Positions 10,963 to 21,401 of a DNA stretch of 61,775 nucleotides are shown here, piece after piece. Made by a program: the position numbers and the translations under genes. Location: the IMG/VR virus record IMGVR_UViG_3300027832_000007. One strand, given 5' to 3'. Position 1 is the first letter of the stretch. Each line of letters starts with the position of its first letter. A model generated the notes under the pieces. It was not told the origin of the DNA. It saw only the letters and a list, made by a program, of their open reading frames with translations, and did not search any database. Source of the DNA: an uncultured virus (IMG/VR IMGVR_UViG_3300027832_000007) (Duplodnaviria > Heunggongvirae > Uroviricota > Caudoviricetes).

Positions 10963-12363
10963 ATGGTAATACGTACATATTTTGATAAAAACAATACAAT
11001 TGTAAGCAATTCAACTATAAATACTGGGTTAAACCCAGTTACTGAATTATTTTATGGTGGTGGTATTGGTCTAGAACGATACAGTAGATTTTTATTTCAT
11101 TTTGATGAAACTAGATTAAAGGCATTATATACTGGAAACACATACACAGACTTAAGTAAACTTAAACATACTTTAAGGATGACCAATACTGGTAGTTTTG
11201 ATAAAGACTTATTAAACACTATGTTGGGTGCAAAAGATAGAACATCCTCTTTCGACCTTATGCTTTTTAAAATCCAACAACCATGGGATAATGGTGTTGG
11301 ATATGATTTTGAAGCATCTATTTCTAATAATACAGTATACTCAACATTACCATCTAACTGGGCCAGTCCACAAACTGGTATTTCATGGAATGGTGGTACT
11401 GGAGTTTATTCTGGTTCACCTTCTGGTATTACTGTAACAACGCAACATTTTGATAAAGGCAATGAAAATATAGAAATGGACATTAGTGATTATGTAAATG
11501 GTGTACTTACTGGTGACACCAATCATGGCTTAGGTATTGCATTTCCTCGTTCATTTGAACTTTTAAATACCACTAAATTAAAATACGTTGGTTTCTTCAC
11601 AAACAATACTCAAACATTTTACGAACCTTTTATTGAAACTGTTTATAATAACCATATTACTGATGATAGAAATAACTTCTATTTAGACAAGAGTAATAAA
11701 CTTTATCTTTATGTAAACGTAGGTGGTTCTCCAACTAATTTGGATTCATTACCCTCAGTTAACGTATTCGATGCGTCTAACACACTATTTAGTGCTTATA
11801 CTACCTCAGGTGTCAATCACATAACAAAAGGTGTTTATTCAATAGACATAAACGTTCCTACATCACCAACAAATTCTTGCACTATGTATAATGATGTATG
11901 GACTGGTATCACTATTAATGGTATATCTAGACCAAATATTGAGTTATCGTTCGTCATGGTAGATTCAATGGATTATTATGACATTGGTGATAGTGGTTCT
12001 TTGCCTAAAAAAGTAGCTGTAAATGTAACTGGTATTCAAAATAAAGAAAAAATTAAAAGAGGTGATATTCGTAAAGTTTTAGTATCGGCTAGAATACCAT
12101 ATACTGTAGAACAAGCTCAAAATATAAGTGATATTAAGTATAGAATTTATGTTCTAGAGGGAACTTCAGAATTAACAGTCATAGATTTTCAACCAGTCGA
12201 AATTAGTAATAATAATTATTATTTTTTACTAGACACTGAGAGTTTAATTCCTAATACATATTATTTAGATATTTTAGTTACGTCAAACTTAGAGGTAACA
12301 ACACTAAAAAATAGATTAGCGTTCGAAATCATTAATCAAGTAGAATTAAGAAAAGGTCAATAA
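10963..12363 (+). CDS. putative virion structural protein
   Basis: Beta-rich and Thr/Asn/Gly-rich; late-promoter motif at 10941. Confidence 0.55.
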   Translation: MVIRTYFDKNNTIVSNSTINTGLNPVTELFYGGGIGLERYSRFLFHFDETRLKALYTGNTYTDLSKLKHTLRMTNTGSFDKDLLNTMLGAKDRTSSFDLMLFKIQQPWDNGVGYDFEASISNNTVYSTLPSNWASPQTGISWNGGTGVYSGSPSGITVTTQHFDKGNENIEMDISDYVNGVLTGDTNHGLGIAFPRSFELLNTTKLKYVGFFTNNTQTFYEPFIETVYNNHITDDRNNFYLDKSNKLYLYVNVGGSPTNLDSLPSVNVFDASNTLFSAYTTSGVNHITKGVYSIDINVPTSPTNSCTMYNDVWTGITINGISRPNIELSFVMVDSMDYYDIGDSGSLPKKVAVNVTGIQNKEKIKRGDIRKVLVSARIPYTVEQAQNISDIKYRIYVLEGTSELTVIDFQPVEISNNNYYFLLDTESLIPNTYYLDILVTSNLEVTTLKNRLAFEIINQVELRKGQ

Positions 12364-12506
12364 AAACTTGACCTCTTAATAAAATTAACTATATTTATAC
12401 ATGCGTTAACTCCACAGTATTAGTCCCGACCATTAAAACGGTTTAGAGTTGTGTTAAAACAACAAAGGTATTAGTCCAATAATAACAAATATTAGAAAGT
12501 TAAAAT

Positions 12507-13448
12507 ATGATAAAAGAAAACAATTTGGTATCAGTACCATCAGCAAACATTACTGTAAACAAAAGTAGAATAAAATTATATAAGAATACGGGTGATATGC
12601 CAACGTATTATCTACAAAAGGGGCAAGAGTTCCAATTAGAGTTATTTAATCCAACACAAGACGTTATAATGGCTAAGATATACCTTAACGATAAAGTTAT
12701 ATCTCAAGGTGGATTAATTATAAGACAAGGTGAAAGAATTTTCCTAGAGCGATATCTTGATGTAGCTAAAAAATTCTTATTCGATACATATGAAGTGTCA
12801 AGCTCTGAAGAGGTTAAAAAAGCGATTGAAAAAAATGGAGATTTTAAAGTTGAATTCTTTAAAGAGTTAAAATCATTTACTAAAGAAAATTATTTTCAGT
12901 TCAACAAGAGTAATCCGTATTCAACAGACATAACACTGAGTAATAATCTTTCAGCTGGTATTCACCCTAATTCCAATACATCTGGTAATTATTTCCCTAA
13001 TAATCTTACATTCACCAGTGGTGTCAGCTCAGAAAGTTTTAGATATAAATACAATGGAATAACAACAAATAGTAACTTTAACACAACGAGTTTTAATTCT
13101 AATAATAGTAGAACATTTAGTAATCCATTACCTAAAAGTAATGTACTTCGTTCATTAACTAAAATAGCTAAAATAGAAACTGGTAAAGTTGAAGAAGGTT
13201 CCGAATCAGAACAAAAATTAAAAATTGTTTCTATGGATTTTGATTTTATAGCGTTTCATACTATTGAATGTAAAATGTTACCAATATCACAAAAAATAAA
13301 TACCGTAGAAGATATAAAAAAAATAAAACCTACAATGTCAGATATTATAACTATTGTAAATGAAAACCCTAACGATATGATTTTAGGTGAAAAAATTAGA
13401 AGTTATTTTTTAACTAGTTTAATTAATAAATCTAAAGATAAATTATAA
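12507..13448 (+). CDS. hypothetical protein
   Basis: 313-aa ORF with low-complexity S/N/T middle; preceded by a structured-looking leader. Confidence 0.7.
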   Translation: MIKENNLVSVPSANITVNKSRIKLYKNTGDMPTYYLQKGQEFQLELFNPTQDVIMAKIYLNDKVISQGGLIIRQGERIFLERYLDVAKKFLFDTYEVSSSEEVKKAIEKNGDFKVEFFKELKSFTKENYFQFNKSNPYSTDITLSNNLSAGIHPNSNTSGNYFPNNLTFTSGVSSESFRYKYNGITTNSNFNTTSFNSNNSRTFSNPLPKSNVLRSLTKIAKIETGKVEEGSESEQKLKIVSMDFDFIAFHTIECKMLPISQKINTVEDIKKIKPTMSDIITIVNENPNDMILGEKIRSYFLTSLINKSKDKL

Positions 13449-14171
13449 TAATCTTATTTGTTTTATTAATTTTGTATAATAGTTAAATTGACTATTCACT
13501 CTAGCATTATCTTGTAAAACTTCTAATGGGTTAATTAAATTTTTAATCCCCTCAATTGATGTGATTTTGTTATCATAAGAATTAATAAAATTTTTTAAAT
13601 CAGAATAAGTATTATTAGTCATAACATAATTAAATAAATCATCTTTATTAACAGTTTTAATATCAAAATTAGGAACACTAGGGTTATCATCATACGAGTC
13701 ATTTGCACCAAATCGTAGAGTTGTTATAGAGTTAGCGTTTAAAATTTCATCGTTAATATCTTTATAAATAACACCACCATAGGCATATGGTAATTTATTA
13801 CTATCTAAAGGTGTTATCTCCAAAAATAAGTTAGTCACCTCATCGTAAATCCAATAATGTTCGAAATATGTTGTACTATTTAAAAAGGCCCAACCTTTAA
13901 CTGGGTAATATCGCTCAATTCCATTTTTTAAATTAATTTGTATGAATTTAAAAACATTAGTTTCACATTTATTATAATTTGACATACCACATTTTTTCAT
14001 TTCAACACCACCATCATGTGTTAACCTTAATTCAAAATTAGGGTTTTTAAAATTATTTTCTAGAAATTCTTTATTAGGATTTGTTTCATTAAATCTATTG
14101 TAAAACTCTTCGGTTGTTTCTTCTTTTTGTCTTAAATTTTCTCTAAGTAACTTTTTAATTAATGACTTCAT
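13443..14171 (-). CDS. putative internal head protein, possible transglutaminase/papain-like Cys-His-Asp fold
   Basis: MKSLIKKLLRE leader; KCETNV...GWAF...EHYWIYD. Confidence 0.45.
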   Translation of the reverse strand: MKSLIKKLLRENLRQKEETTEEFYNRFNETNPNKEFLENNFKNPNFELRLTHDGGVEMKKCGMSNYNKCETNVFKFIQINLKNGIERYYPVKGWAFLNSTTYFEHYWIYDEVTNLFLEITPLDSNKLPYAYGGVIYKDINDEILNANSITTLRFGANDSYDDNPSVPNFDIKTVNKDDLFNYVMTNNTYSDLKNFINSYDNKITSIEGIKNLINPLEVLQDNARVNSQFNYYTKLIKQIRLL

Positions 14172-14193
14172 GATAATAAATATCTATAAAAAC

Positions 14194-14225
14194 AAAAAAA
14201 GTCTAACCTTTCGATTAGACTTTTT
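14194..14225. terminator. intrinsic terminator after the major capsid gene
   Basis: AAAAAAAGTCTAA-cctttcga-TTAGACTTTTT inverted repeat with flanking A/T tracts. Confidence 0.8.
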
Positions 14226-14244
14226 ATTATTTTAAGTAGTTAGA

Positions 14245-16080
14245 TTATCTTAACTCATTAGGATTAAAAGTAACAACACCATCAACTCTCACGTGACCGT
14301 AGAATCTGTTGTTTACAATTTTCTTAGCGTAACGAGTCATGATTCCTTTCACTGGTGCGAAATTGAACGGGTTATACATTGTTGGTGTCAATTGTAAAGG
14401 TACGTATGGTGCATAAATGTACCCAGTATCTAACAATGATTTACCTTTATGTCCAATGATTACTGAGTAAGCTGGAGCGTAAGGGTCACGGTACACTTGG
14501 TAACGTCCACTTAAAGAACCAATTCTTTCAATACCCATGTTATAAGAATCTTGCTCTGGGTTAGCATCACTTACGTGGAAGTATTCTAAATCATCAAAGA
14601 TAGCTGAGATTTCAGAAGATACAACGATGAAGTTAGCACCACCTCTAAGAGTTGATTTATGTATTTGTGCGGAAACTTGGTTTAATTTAGTAATTAAAGT
14701 TTGGTTCCACTCTTTTTGAGTATAAGGACTTGCAGAAGTCGAAGCTTTTCTCCATCCATTATAATCCCAACGTAATTGCCATGCAGCAGCTTTACGAATA
14801 TCTCTTAAGATTTCTCTATCGATTTCAGCAGCAACTTGTTCAGACAACATAGCTGTTAATTCAGCTTCAGCATCGATGTTATGGAATGCAGAAACATCTT
14901 GTGCTAACTCTGGAGACCATGTAGCTCTTAATTTTCTTTCTTCAACAGCAACAACAACTTCATCCAATGTGAAAGATACTTCTCCCATTTCAGTTTCTAG
15001 TTCTAATGATGCGTATTCACCCCATGCAGCAGTAAATGTAAATGCAGATACTGTAGTAGCAGATGCACCAACATAACCATCGTATGTAGATGTTCCAGCG
15101 TTAGCAGCTCCCGTAGCAGTTACACCAACTGGGTGACGTAAATCTAATTCAATGTATAAGTTACCAGTACTATCAGTCAATGAAGAATAATCTACGATAC
15201 CTTTACCGTATTGTTGTGTTACTAATCTAAAAGGAATTTCCTTGTTAGCAGCGATAATAACGTTATTATCTTGGTCATTAATTGCAGCAGAAGGTACAAC
15301 GTGTAATGAAGCTAAGAAAGACTCAGTATCCATTTGGTTCCCATTAGCACCAGTCATGACTGCTTTGTTTGAGTTATTTGGAGAAAATCCAGAGATAGCT
15401 AAAATAATACTTCTTACAGAACCATCAGTAGCTGTAGCTAAAGTTGAAGCTGGAGCACTAATAGTGTAAGCACCGTTTGAATCCATAGACAAAGTCTGCG
15501 GTCCAGCGTGAGTACGAATAGTTAAAGCACCTTTAGAGTTATCGAATAAACCATCATTGTAAAATAAATCATAAAGATTTTTTGCTAAGAATGGTGTAAC
15601 TACACATGTTCCATTAGCTGGTAACACACATGAAGGAACACCTTCAGCACCCATACCAGTATGTGCGGAGAATGTTGTTCCGTATACATCAGATGCAGCG
15701 GTAGATGAGTAATTATTACCAGCAACACCATTCTGGTCAACACGACTAGATGTTTGTGGTACGAAATAGAATAATTTACCAATTGGCATATTCATAGCTT
15801 GTACTGATACGATATCATTAGCTAACAATTTAGAGAATACTCTACGTACAATAGGGAATACAACTGTCTCGAAAGAACCAGAAGAATTACTTGATGTAGA
15901 CTCAGTTAATAATGTAGACGCTTGGTTTTCATATAATTGAGCGATATTTTCTTTAACGTGACCTTTAAGACCTTCTAAGAATCCTAATGACTCCCATTTT
16001 GATTGAGTTTCTAAACGGATAGCCTTCATGTGGTTTAATCCGATGTTCCCAACTTGTCCAGATGTTAATAAATGTGACAT
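14245..16080 (-). CDS. gp23: major capsid protein (T4 gp23-like)
   Basis: FPIVRRVF, DIVSVQAMNMPIG, RKLRATWSPELAQD, DAEAELTAMLSEQVAAEIDREI, YAPYVPL, KGIMTRY. Confidence 0.97.
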   Translation of the reverse strand: MSHLLTSGQVGNIGLNHMKAIRLETQSKWESLGFLEGLKGHVKENIAQLYENQASTLLTESTSSNSSGSFETVVFPIVRRVFSKLLANDIVSVQAMNMPIGKLFYFVPQTSSRVDQNGVAGNNYSSTAASDVYGTTFSAHTGMGAEGVPSCVLPANGTCVVTPFLAKNLYDLFYNDGLFDNSKGALTIRTHAGPQTLSMDSNGAYTISAPASTLATATDGSVRSIILAISGFSPNNSNKAVMTGANGNQMDTESFLASLHVVPSAAINDQDNNVIIAANKEIPFRLVTQQYGKGIVDYSSLTDSTGNLYIELDLRHPVGVTATGAANAGTSTYDGYVGASATTVSAFTFTAAWGEYASLELETEMGEVSFTLDEVVVAVEERKLRATWSPELAQDVSAFHNIDAEAELTAMLSEQVAAEIDREILRDIRKAAAWQLRWDYNGWRKASTSASPYTQKEWNQTLITKLNQVSAQIHKSTLRGGANFIVVSSEISAIFDDLEYFHVSDANPEQDSYNMGIERIGSLSGRYQVYRDPYAPAYSVIIGHKGKSLLDTGYIYAPYVPLQLTPTMYNPFNFAPVKGIMTRYAKKIVNNRFYGHVRVDGVVTFNPNELR

Positions 16081-16127
16081 AATTTGTTTTGTTTTTTTTT
16101 GTTTGTTTTTGTTATAGTTTATTTTTA

Positions 16128-17423
16128 TTATCTTTTTTCTACTCTATTAATCAAATCCATGATTCTTTTCGTAGATGGGTCAACATAAGCGTTACTTTCA
16201 TTTAAATTTCTTGACACACTTGTTGTTGATTCCTTAATAATTTTGCTCTCAACTGATTCAGAAATTGATTTTCTTGATTCCAATTCACCTTCAATAGTTT
16301 TAGCTAATTTTTTTGATTCTTTAATACTTGTTGCATTATCAAATCTTTTTAATATACTTTCTTTTTCAGTTTTTGTAGTAGAATGCTCTGTAAACAAACT
16401 AGTAACACTTGCAAGATTAGTATTCCAAACCACAGTTTCAATTAACTTAGTTCTAAATTCTTTTAATGCGCCTCTAAATTGTTCGTTTTCACTTTTTAAT
16501 TTAGTAGCTTCTTTCAATAAAGTGTTATACTTCTTAGCTGTTTCATAAACTAATTTTTTTGATTTTAATAAAGCTTCTTCTTGAAGTTTAGCGTTAGTAT
16601 GTGCTGTTGCAACATACTTTACCTTACCACCAACATATCTAGTTTCATCTAATACTTCTTCTTCTTCAGATTCTTCTTCTTCAGATTCTTCTTCTTCAGA
16701 TTCTTCTTCTTCAGATTCTTCTTCTTCAGATTCTTCTTCTCCACCGACAGTTGGTAACCCACCTTCAGCATCCATCTCAATATCGTATTCTACATCATAT
16801 TCAGATTCATCTTCCATATCAGAATCCATGTCTAATTCTTCCATATCAGAACCCATATTAGAATCCATGTCTAAGTCTTCCATATCAGAACCCATATTAG
16901 AACCCATGTCTAAGTCTTCCATATCAGAACCCATATCCATTTCTTCTTTACCTTTTAATGAATCTAACTTTACGATATATTCCCCTGGCTCTTGAACGTT
17001 TAAACGAAGTTCATCACCAACAATTTCGATTTCATCCTCGCCACTCATTTTTTTATAAATTGCGATTACGTCATCATCAGATGCTCCTGTCATATCCATG
17101 TCCTCTATATCTAACGCATCAACGTCCATTCCCATTTCTGGTTCCATTCCCATTTCTGGTTCAGCACCCATTTCTTCAGAGTCACCCATGTCATCTAGTC
17201 CACCTTCTAATTCTTCAGAGTCATCACCTAATGTGATATCGCCTAATTCTTCCTCCTCATAAAGGTCATTCTTTTCCATTGTTAAAAGAGATTCTTTTAC
17301 AACACTATCAATTTCTTCTTTAGCGACGCTACGAAGTATTTCTTTTGTGTTAGCATTAAGAGCATTTTGAATATTTTTAATATCCAACATTGCTTCTTCG
17401 ATTATTGATTTCTTTTCTGCCAT
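16128..17423 (-). CDS. prohead scaffolding/core protein (gp22-like)
   Basis: Very acidic, many L-x-E sites, coiled-coil C-terminus; lies between the protease and MCP genes. Confidence 0.75.
   Translation of the reverse strand: MAEKKSIIEEAMLDIKNIQNALNANTKEILRSVAKEEIDSVVKESLLTMEKNDLYEEEELGDITLGDDSEELEGGLDDMGDSEEMGAEPEMGMEPEMGMDVDALDIEDMDMTGASDDDVIAIYKKMSGEDEIEIVGDELRLNVQEPGEYIVKLDSLKGKEEMDMGSDMEDLDMGSNMGSDMEDLDMDSNMGSDMEELDMDSDMEDESEYDVEYDIEMDAEGGLPTVGGEEESEEEESEEEESEEEESEEEESEEEEVLDETRYVGGKVKYVATAHTNAKLQEEALLKSKKLVYETAKKYNTLLKEATKLKSENEQFRGALKEFRTKLIETVVWNTNLASVTSLFTEHSTTKTEKESILKRFDNATSIKESKKLAKTIEGELESRKSISESVESKIIKESTTSVSRNLNESNAYVDPSTKRIMDLINRVEKR
16655..16940 (-). repeat. coding tandem repeats in the scaffold gene (15-bp EEEES units; 39-bp DMEDLDM(G/D)SNMGS units)
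   Basis: ttcttcttcagattc repeated about 5 times; ccatgtctaagtcttccatatcagaaccc repeated about 3 times. Confidence 0.85.
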
Positions 17424-17546
17424 CTTATTTTAAAATTGTTAATTTATTTTATTAGATAAAATATTAAGGTCTAACCCCATTTGGTAATAAATATATATTA
17501 TTTCACTAAAATTCATTTTTTATGTAAAAAAATGTAAAATAAAAAC

Positions 17547-19412
17547 TTAATCAGATAAAAATTTATCTAAATCGTCTAAAAGATTTTCATTAAGTAATGG
17601 TTTTTTAATATTTAAGCTCTCTACGTAAGGTTTTAATTCTTCATGATTTCTACCAATCCAAGCATCTGGGGTAGATGGTGCAGTAACTACATCCCAACAA
17701 ATTATCTCGTAATCATCTTGAACTATTTGTTGACCATCTTTACTCTCTTTAAGTGAACCAACACCTCTTGATGATACTCCAATTTTAATTCTATTTCTTA
17801 ATAGGTTGGCAACATCATCACCTTTACAAGATATGATACCTAAGTTTACAAAACCTGGACTCATGATAACTTCCATCTTACCCATAAGTGTATGACCTTC
17901 CCACCACGTTTCAACAATATTATGTGAAATCCTATCACCAGCAATAATAGATGAGTTTCCATTCCAACAAGTTTTACCATTATCTCTAACATAGAACACA
18001 TGATTAGGTACATCTACACAATAAACATTATCGTTATATTCAACTAATTCAGTTTTTAATGTTCTTTTATCTAAATAAATACCTTTTGTTGTTGAAATAT
18101 GTAATCTATTCATTGGTTTTGAATGACCTTTTTTAATTACTCTATTGTCAAACATTCTATCATAATTTCGTTCCTCAATTCTTAAATTAGATGAGTACCC
18201 AATTTTTAATATAATTTCTTGTAAATCATTTATTAATTTTTTAGAAGTACTAAAAACTTCTCGATATTTACCACCTCTAACTCGACCATCCCCCAAAACG
18301 AACCAATCTATAAAATCAGATAATAAATTATCACTTAATCCTTTTAATTCAGTTGGTATAAATTTATCTTGTGATTTACCAAATTGTTTTAAATAATTAT
18401 GTAATCTAGCATCATTTATTTTAAAATCTACTTTGCCATCTGAATATATTATTTCTTTAAAACTTAATGGTAATGATTCTAATAATTCTCTTATCAGTAT
18501 TTTACCATTTTCTTTTTTCTGTGTTATTTTACAAACATAACCACTATCAGATGATTCAAAACCATATTCTTTTTCACCATTTTCAGTTACTCTAGATATT
18601 CTTTTTTTTGTTTTACTAACCACAACACAACCATCGGCTAAATAAATTCCCATAAATTTGACCCATAAATCCATTGGTATCTCAATATCACTCATCAATT
18701 CTAATTTTTTACTGTATGAGGTATTAAAAGCTATTTCGTTTTCATCTAACCCTTTAATTGTAAAAAATTTTTTATCGTCACCAATCCACTTACCAACTTT
18801 AGGTATATACATTTTATCAATACCTTTAATCTTGTGTTCGTGTATGTCTGTAGCGGTAATAAAACTTCCATTACCGTTTCTATCTATAACCCAAAATTTA
18901 TGGTTAGGTGTGACCATTAAGTCAATTGACCTACCTTTTATTGAAATCATACTACCGTTGTAATGTTTAACTATTTTTTTTGTTATAGTCTTTAGTTCTA
19001 TTTGGTTTGAAATTGGGTTTAAAGTGTATACTTCTTCATTTGAAGAAACATCTTTAATATATTTCCAACCATCTTTTGTTAAAATTTCAGCACTTTGTCG
19101 GTGACATTCTGGATGGTCTAGTTCACCCACAGCTCTACGTTCCCTAATGACCTCTTGGTAAAGTCTATCTTGGCTTCTAAGAATAGACTCTGGATATATA
19201 CGACCATTTCGGTTAAGTATTCCAAACTTCTGCAATACTACATACACCAACAATGGTTCCGCTATAACCAACTTACCACTTTCAAGTTTTTTCATCTCAT
19301 TGATGAAAGGTAAATTTCTTGGTTCATCTGGAGATATGTAACCAGCATCATGCTCTATTAAGTAGCCATAACCACTTTCCCCACGTTTTAACGTTTTTAT
19401 ATCTTTATCCAT
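17547..19412 (-). CDS. gp21: prohead protease (T4 gp21-like) with one intein
   Basis: NRNGRIYP, AVGELDHPE, ISHNI, IGVSSRGVGS, WDVVTAPSTPDA; about 237 aa after splicing. Confidence 0.93.
   Translation of the reverse strand: MDKDIKTLKRGESGYGYLIEHDAGYISPDEPRNLPFINEMKKLESGKLVIAEPLLVYVVLQKFGILNRNGRIYPESILRSQDRLYQEVIRERRAVGELDHPECHRQSAEILTKDGWKYIKDVSSNEEVYTLNPISNQIELKTITKKIVKHYNGSMISIKGRSIDLMVTPNHKFWVIDRNGNGSFITATDIHEHKIKGIDKMYIPKVGKWIGDDKKFFTIKGLDENEIAFNTSYSKKLELMSDIEIPMDLWVKFMGIYLADGCVVVSKTKKRISRVTENGEKEYGFESSDSGYVCKITQKKENGKILIRELLESLPLSFKEIIYSDGKVDFKINDARLHNYLKQFGKSQDKFIPTELKGLSDNLLSDFIDWFVLGDGRVRGGKYREVFSTSKKLINDLQEIILKIGYSSNLRIEERNYDRMFDNRVIKKGHSKPMNRLHISTTKGIYLDKRTLKTELVEYNDNVYCVDVPNHVFYVRDNGKTCWNGNSSIIAGDRISHNIVETWWEGHTLMGKMEVIMSPGFVNLGIISCKGDDVANLLRNRIKIGVSSRGVGSLKESKDGQQIVQDDYEIICWDVVTAPSTPDAWIGRNHEELKPYVESLNIKKPLLNENLLDDLDKFLSD
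17955..19106 (-). mobile_element. intein (384 aa) with LAGLIDADG endonuclease in the prohead protease
   Basis: HPE/CHRQSAEILT ... VTPNHKF ... GIYLADG ... VLGDG ... VYCVDVPNHVFYV...CWNGN/S. Confidence 0.92.
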
Positions 19413-19448
19413 ACTATATTATTATAGTTATAAATATATGCGTAAAAT

Positions 19449-19473
19449 AAAAAAGGCCCAAACGGGCCTTTAT
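19449..19473. terminator. intrinsic terminator
   Basis: AAAAAAGGCCC-aaac-GGGCCTTT. Confidence 0.8.
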
Positions 19474-19492
19474 TAATTTTTATTATTTATTT

Positions 19493-19936
19493 TTATTTTT
19501 TTTTCTTATGGAAATTAAATGTTTTATTACTATCAAATACTGTCTTTATTAAAGTATCTGATATTAAAACCAACCCATCAATCATCACTTCGGATGTCAA
19601 CGGAATTTCATTGCTTAGGAATAAAGTTATTTCACAATTCATAAAACTTCTTTTACCTAATTTTATTCCAGATTCACGTATATCTAAATCAACTATCGTT
19701 TTATCGTTCTTGAACATAGTCTCATAATGTGAATTTATATGTCCGAATAATGATTGTCTTATTTTTTTATTTAAATCTCTAATTGAACGACTGTAATTAA
19801 ATTCACTATCCTCAGTTGGCTCTACCCATGCTGACAGATTAATATATATTGCTTTAGGTTTCTTATTATTTACACTACCAAATATAACATTATAATTTTT
19901 GTGTCTATTAGTTTTAATTTCTTTACCAGTTTTCAT
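19493..19936 (-). CDS. hypothetical protein (probable start MKTGKEIK)
   Basis: ORF 19493..19978; the downstream Met follows an A-rich leader. Confidence 0.65.
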   Translation of the reverse strand: MKTGKEIKTNRHKNYNVIFGSVNNKKPKAIYINLSAWVEPTEDSEFNYSRSIRDLNKKIRQSLFGHINSHYETMFKNDKTIVDLDIRESGIKLGKRSFMNCEITLFLSNEIPLTSEVMIDGLVLISDTLIKTVFDSNKTFNFHKKKK

Positions 19937-19983
19937 ATTTTTTATTACAAGTATAATAAAAATAATTGGTATAGTCAACCCCC

Positions 19984-20316
19984 TTAAAATTTACCCCATA
20001 AAGCTGCTACCAAAGCTATAACAATTTGTGTGAATGAAATAATCGCTATGGCAGCAACCCATCTATTTTTTTGTTTATATAGTTCATCTTTAGCTTCCTT
20101 CATTTGTGTTGGACTCCAAATCTCACTTACTTTATCAATCCAAACATCATGTACTTGAACTTTAGCTTCAATATTTTTAACTTCAGTCAATTTTTGATTT
20201 AGCTCATTAAAACGAGCATCCATATCTTTACGCATATCCACATAGTTATCGTTTAAACGTTCTAATTCTTTTAAAACCAATTTACTGTAATCGTCCCACG
20301 TTTCTTTATCTGCCAT
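19984..20316 (-). CDS. coiled-coil protein with C-terminal transmembrane helix
   Basis: WVAAIAIISFTQIVIALVAALW hydrophobic tail. Confidence 0.6.
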   Translation of the reverse strand: MADKETWDDYSKLVLKELERLNDNYVDMRKDMDARFNELNQKLTEVKNIEAKVQVHDVWIDKVSEIWSPTQMKEAKDELYKQKNRWVAAIAIISFTQIVIALVAALWGKF

Positions 20317-20322
20317 TTTATA

Positions 20323-20550
20323 TTATAGTTTTACATTTCCTAATAAGTTCATTACTCTAAAACACATATTTTCGTAACATTTAATTTTACCTTTTTCACC
20401 AGTAACATTATCAATTTCATCTTTACCGCTATCAACAATACATTTTAACTCTATTAAAATATCTTTGTATGAACTATCTTGTTGTTGTGTTTCACACAAC
20501 TTTTCTCTTAGTTCTTTTAATTTTTTTAAATTTTCACTAAGCTCTCCCAT
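20323..20550 (-). CDS. small hypothetical protein (probable start MGELSE)
   Basis: ORF 20323..20580. Confidence 0.55.
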   Translation of the reverse strand: MGELSENLKKLKELREKLCETQQQDSSYKDILIELKCIVDSGKDEIDNVTGEKGKIKCYENMCFRVMNLLGNVKL

Positions 20551-20554
20551 AATC

Positions 20555-21355
20555 TTAAGATAATGAACTTTTAAGTTCAACTAATTTTGATATATTTTTA
20601 ATGAAATCTTCATTTATATCTTTTTTATCGTTTAATAATTTACACTTAACAGTTAATAATTTTACCTTCGTATCAGTATCAGATTCTTTAATTTTAACAT
20701 CTATCAAGTCAATACATTCCCTTAGAGTGTTAGCGTAAACCTCTAATCTTTTAATATCATCTTCATCCATTAAAACCTTGACTAATGCTTTTTCAGATTC
20801 AGTTAAATTAGAATATTTTTCGTTATATTTTTCAACCATTATACTACTTAACATACTATTAGGTAAATCTATTGATTCTGATATTACTTTAACAGTATTA
20901 CCTTTTAAATACTCAGATATATTATGTCTTGCTTCAACTATTATTGCGATTGTATCAGACTTCTTATTAGTCATAATAAGAAAGTGTATATTTTCATATA
21001 AACTTTTTTTAACTTCATCAATATTTTCTTTTTTAAATGTAATTTGACGCATTAATGCTAAATTAGCTGCATCAATATCTTTCTTTGAAAACTTACTCAT
21101 CAAATCAATTGATTCTTGAATATATTGAATGGCCTTAAAACTATCAGTCTCAACCATATTCTCTATACTATTATAGATTAGAAATTGCGTTCTAAGAATT
21201 TCATTTTCACTAATCATCTTAAAATATGACTTAAATAGTTTCTTATTGTCTTCATCCTTATTACCAATGTTTTCAGCAAGTATATTATTATAAACATCTT
21301 TTATTGCACCGAAATTGGCAACTGGAATTTTAGTTATTTTAATTTCTTTAGACAT
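20555..21355 (-). CDS. hypothetical head-module protein
   Basis: 266-aa helical ORF directly after the portal gene; late promoter at 21371. Confidence 0.65.
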   Translation of the reverse strand: MSKEIKITKIPVANFGAIKDVYNNILAENIGNKDEDNKKLFKSYFKMISENEILRTQFLIYNSIENMVETDSFKAIQYIQESIDLMSKFSKKDIDAANLALMRQITFKKENIDEVKKSLYENIHFLIMTNKKSDTIAIIVEARHNISEYLKGNTVKVISESIDLPNSMLSSIMVEKYNEKYSNLTESEKALVKVLMDEDDIKRLEVYANTLRECIDLIDVKIKESDTDTKVKLLTVKCKLLNDKKDINEDFIKNISKLVELKSSLS

Positions 21356-21401
21356 ATTCTACCTTTTATTATAAATATCTTTATTTTTTTAAAAATACCA
21401 T

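Noticed and set aside
19493..19510. Third frameshift at the HKKKK* A-run
   Set aside because: It is followed directly by a terminator and a new promoter, so no downstream frame would be joined.
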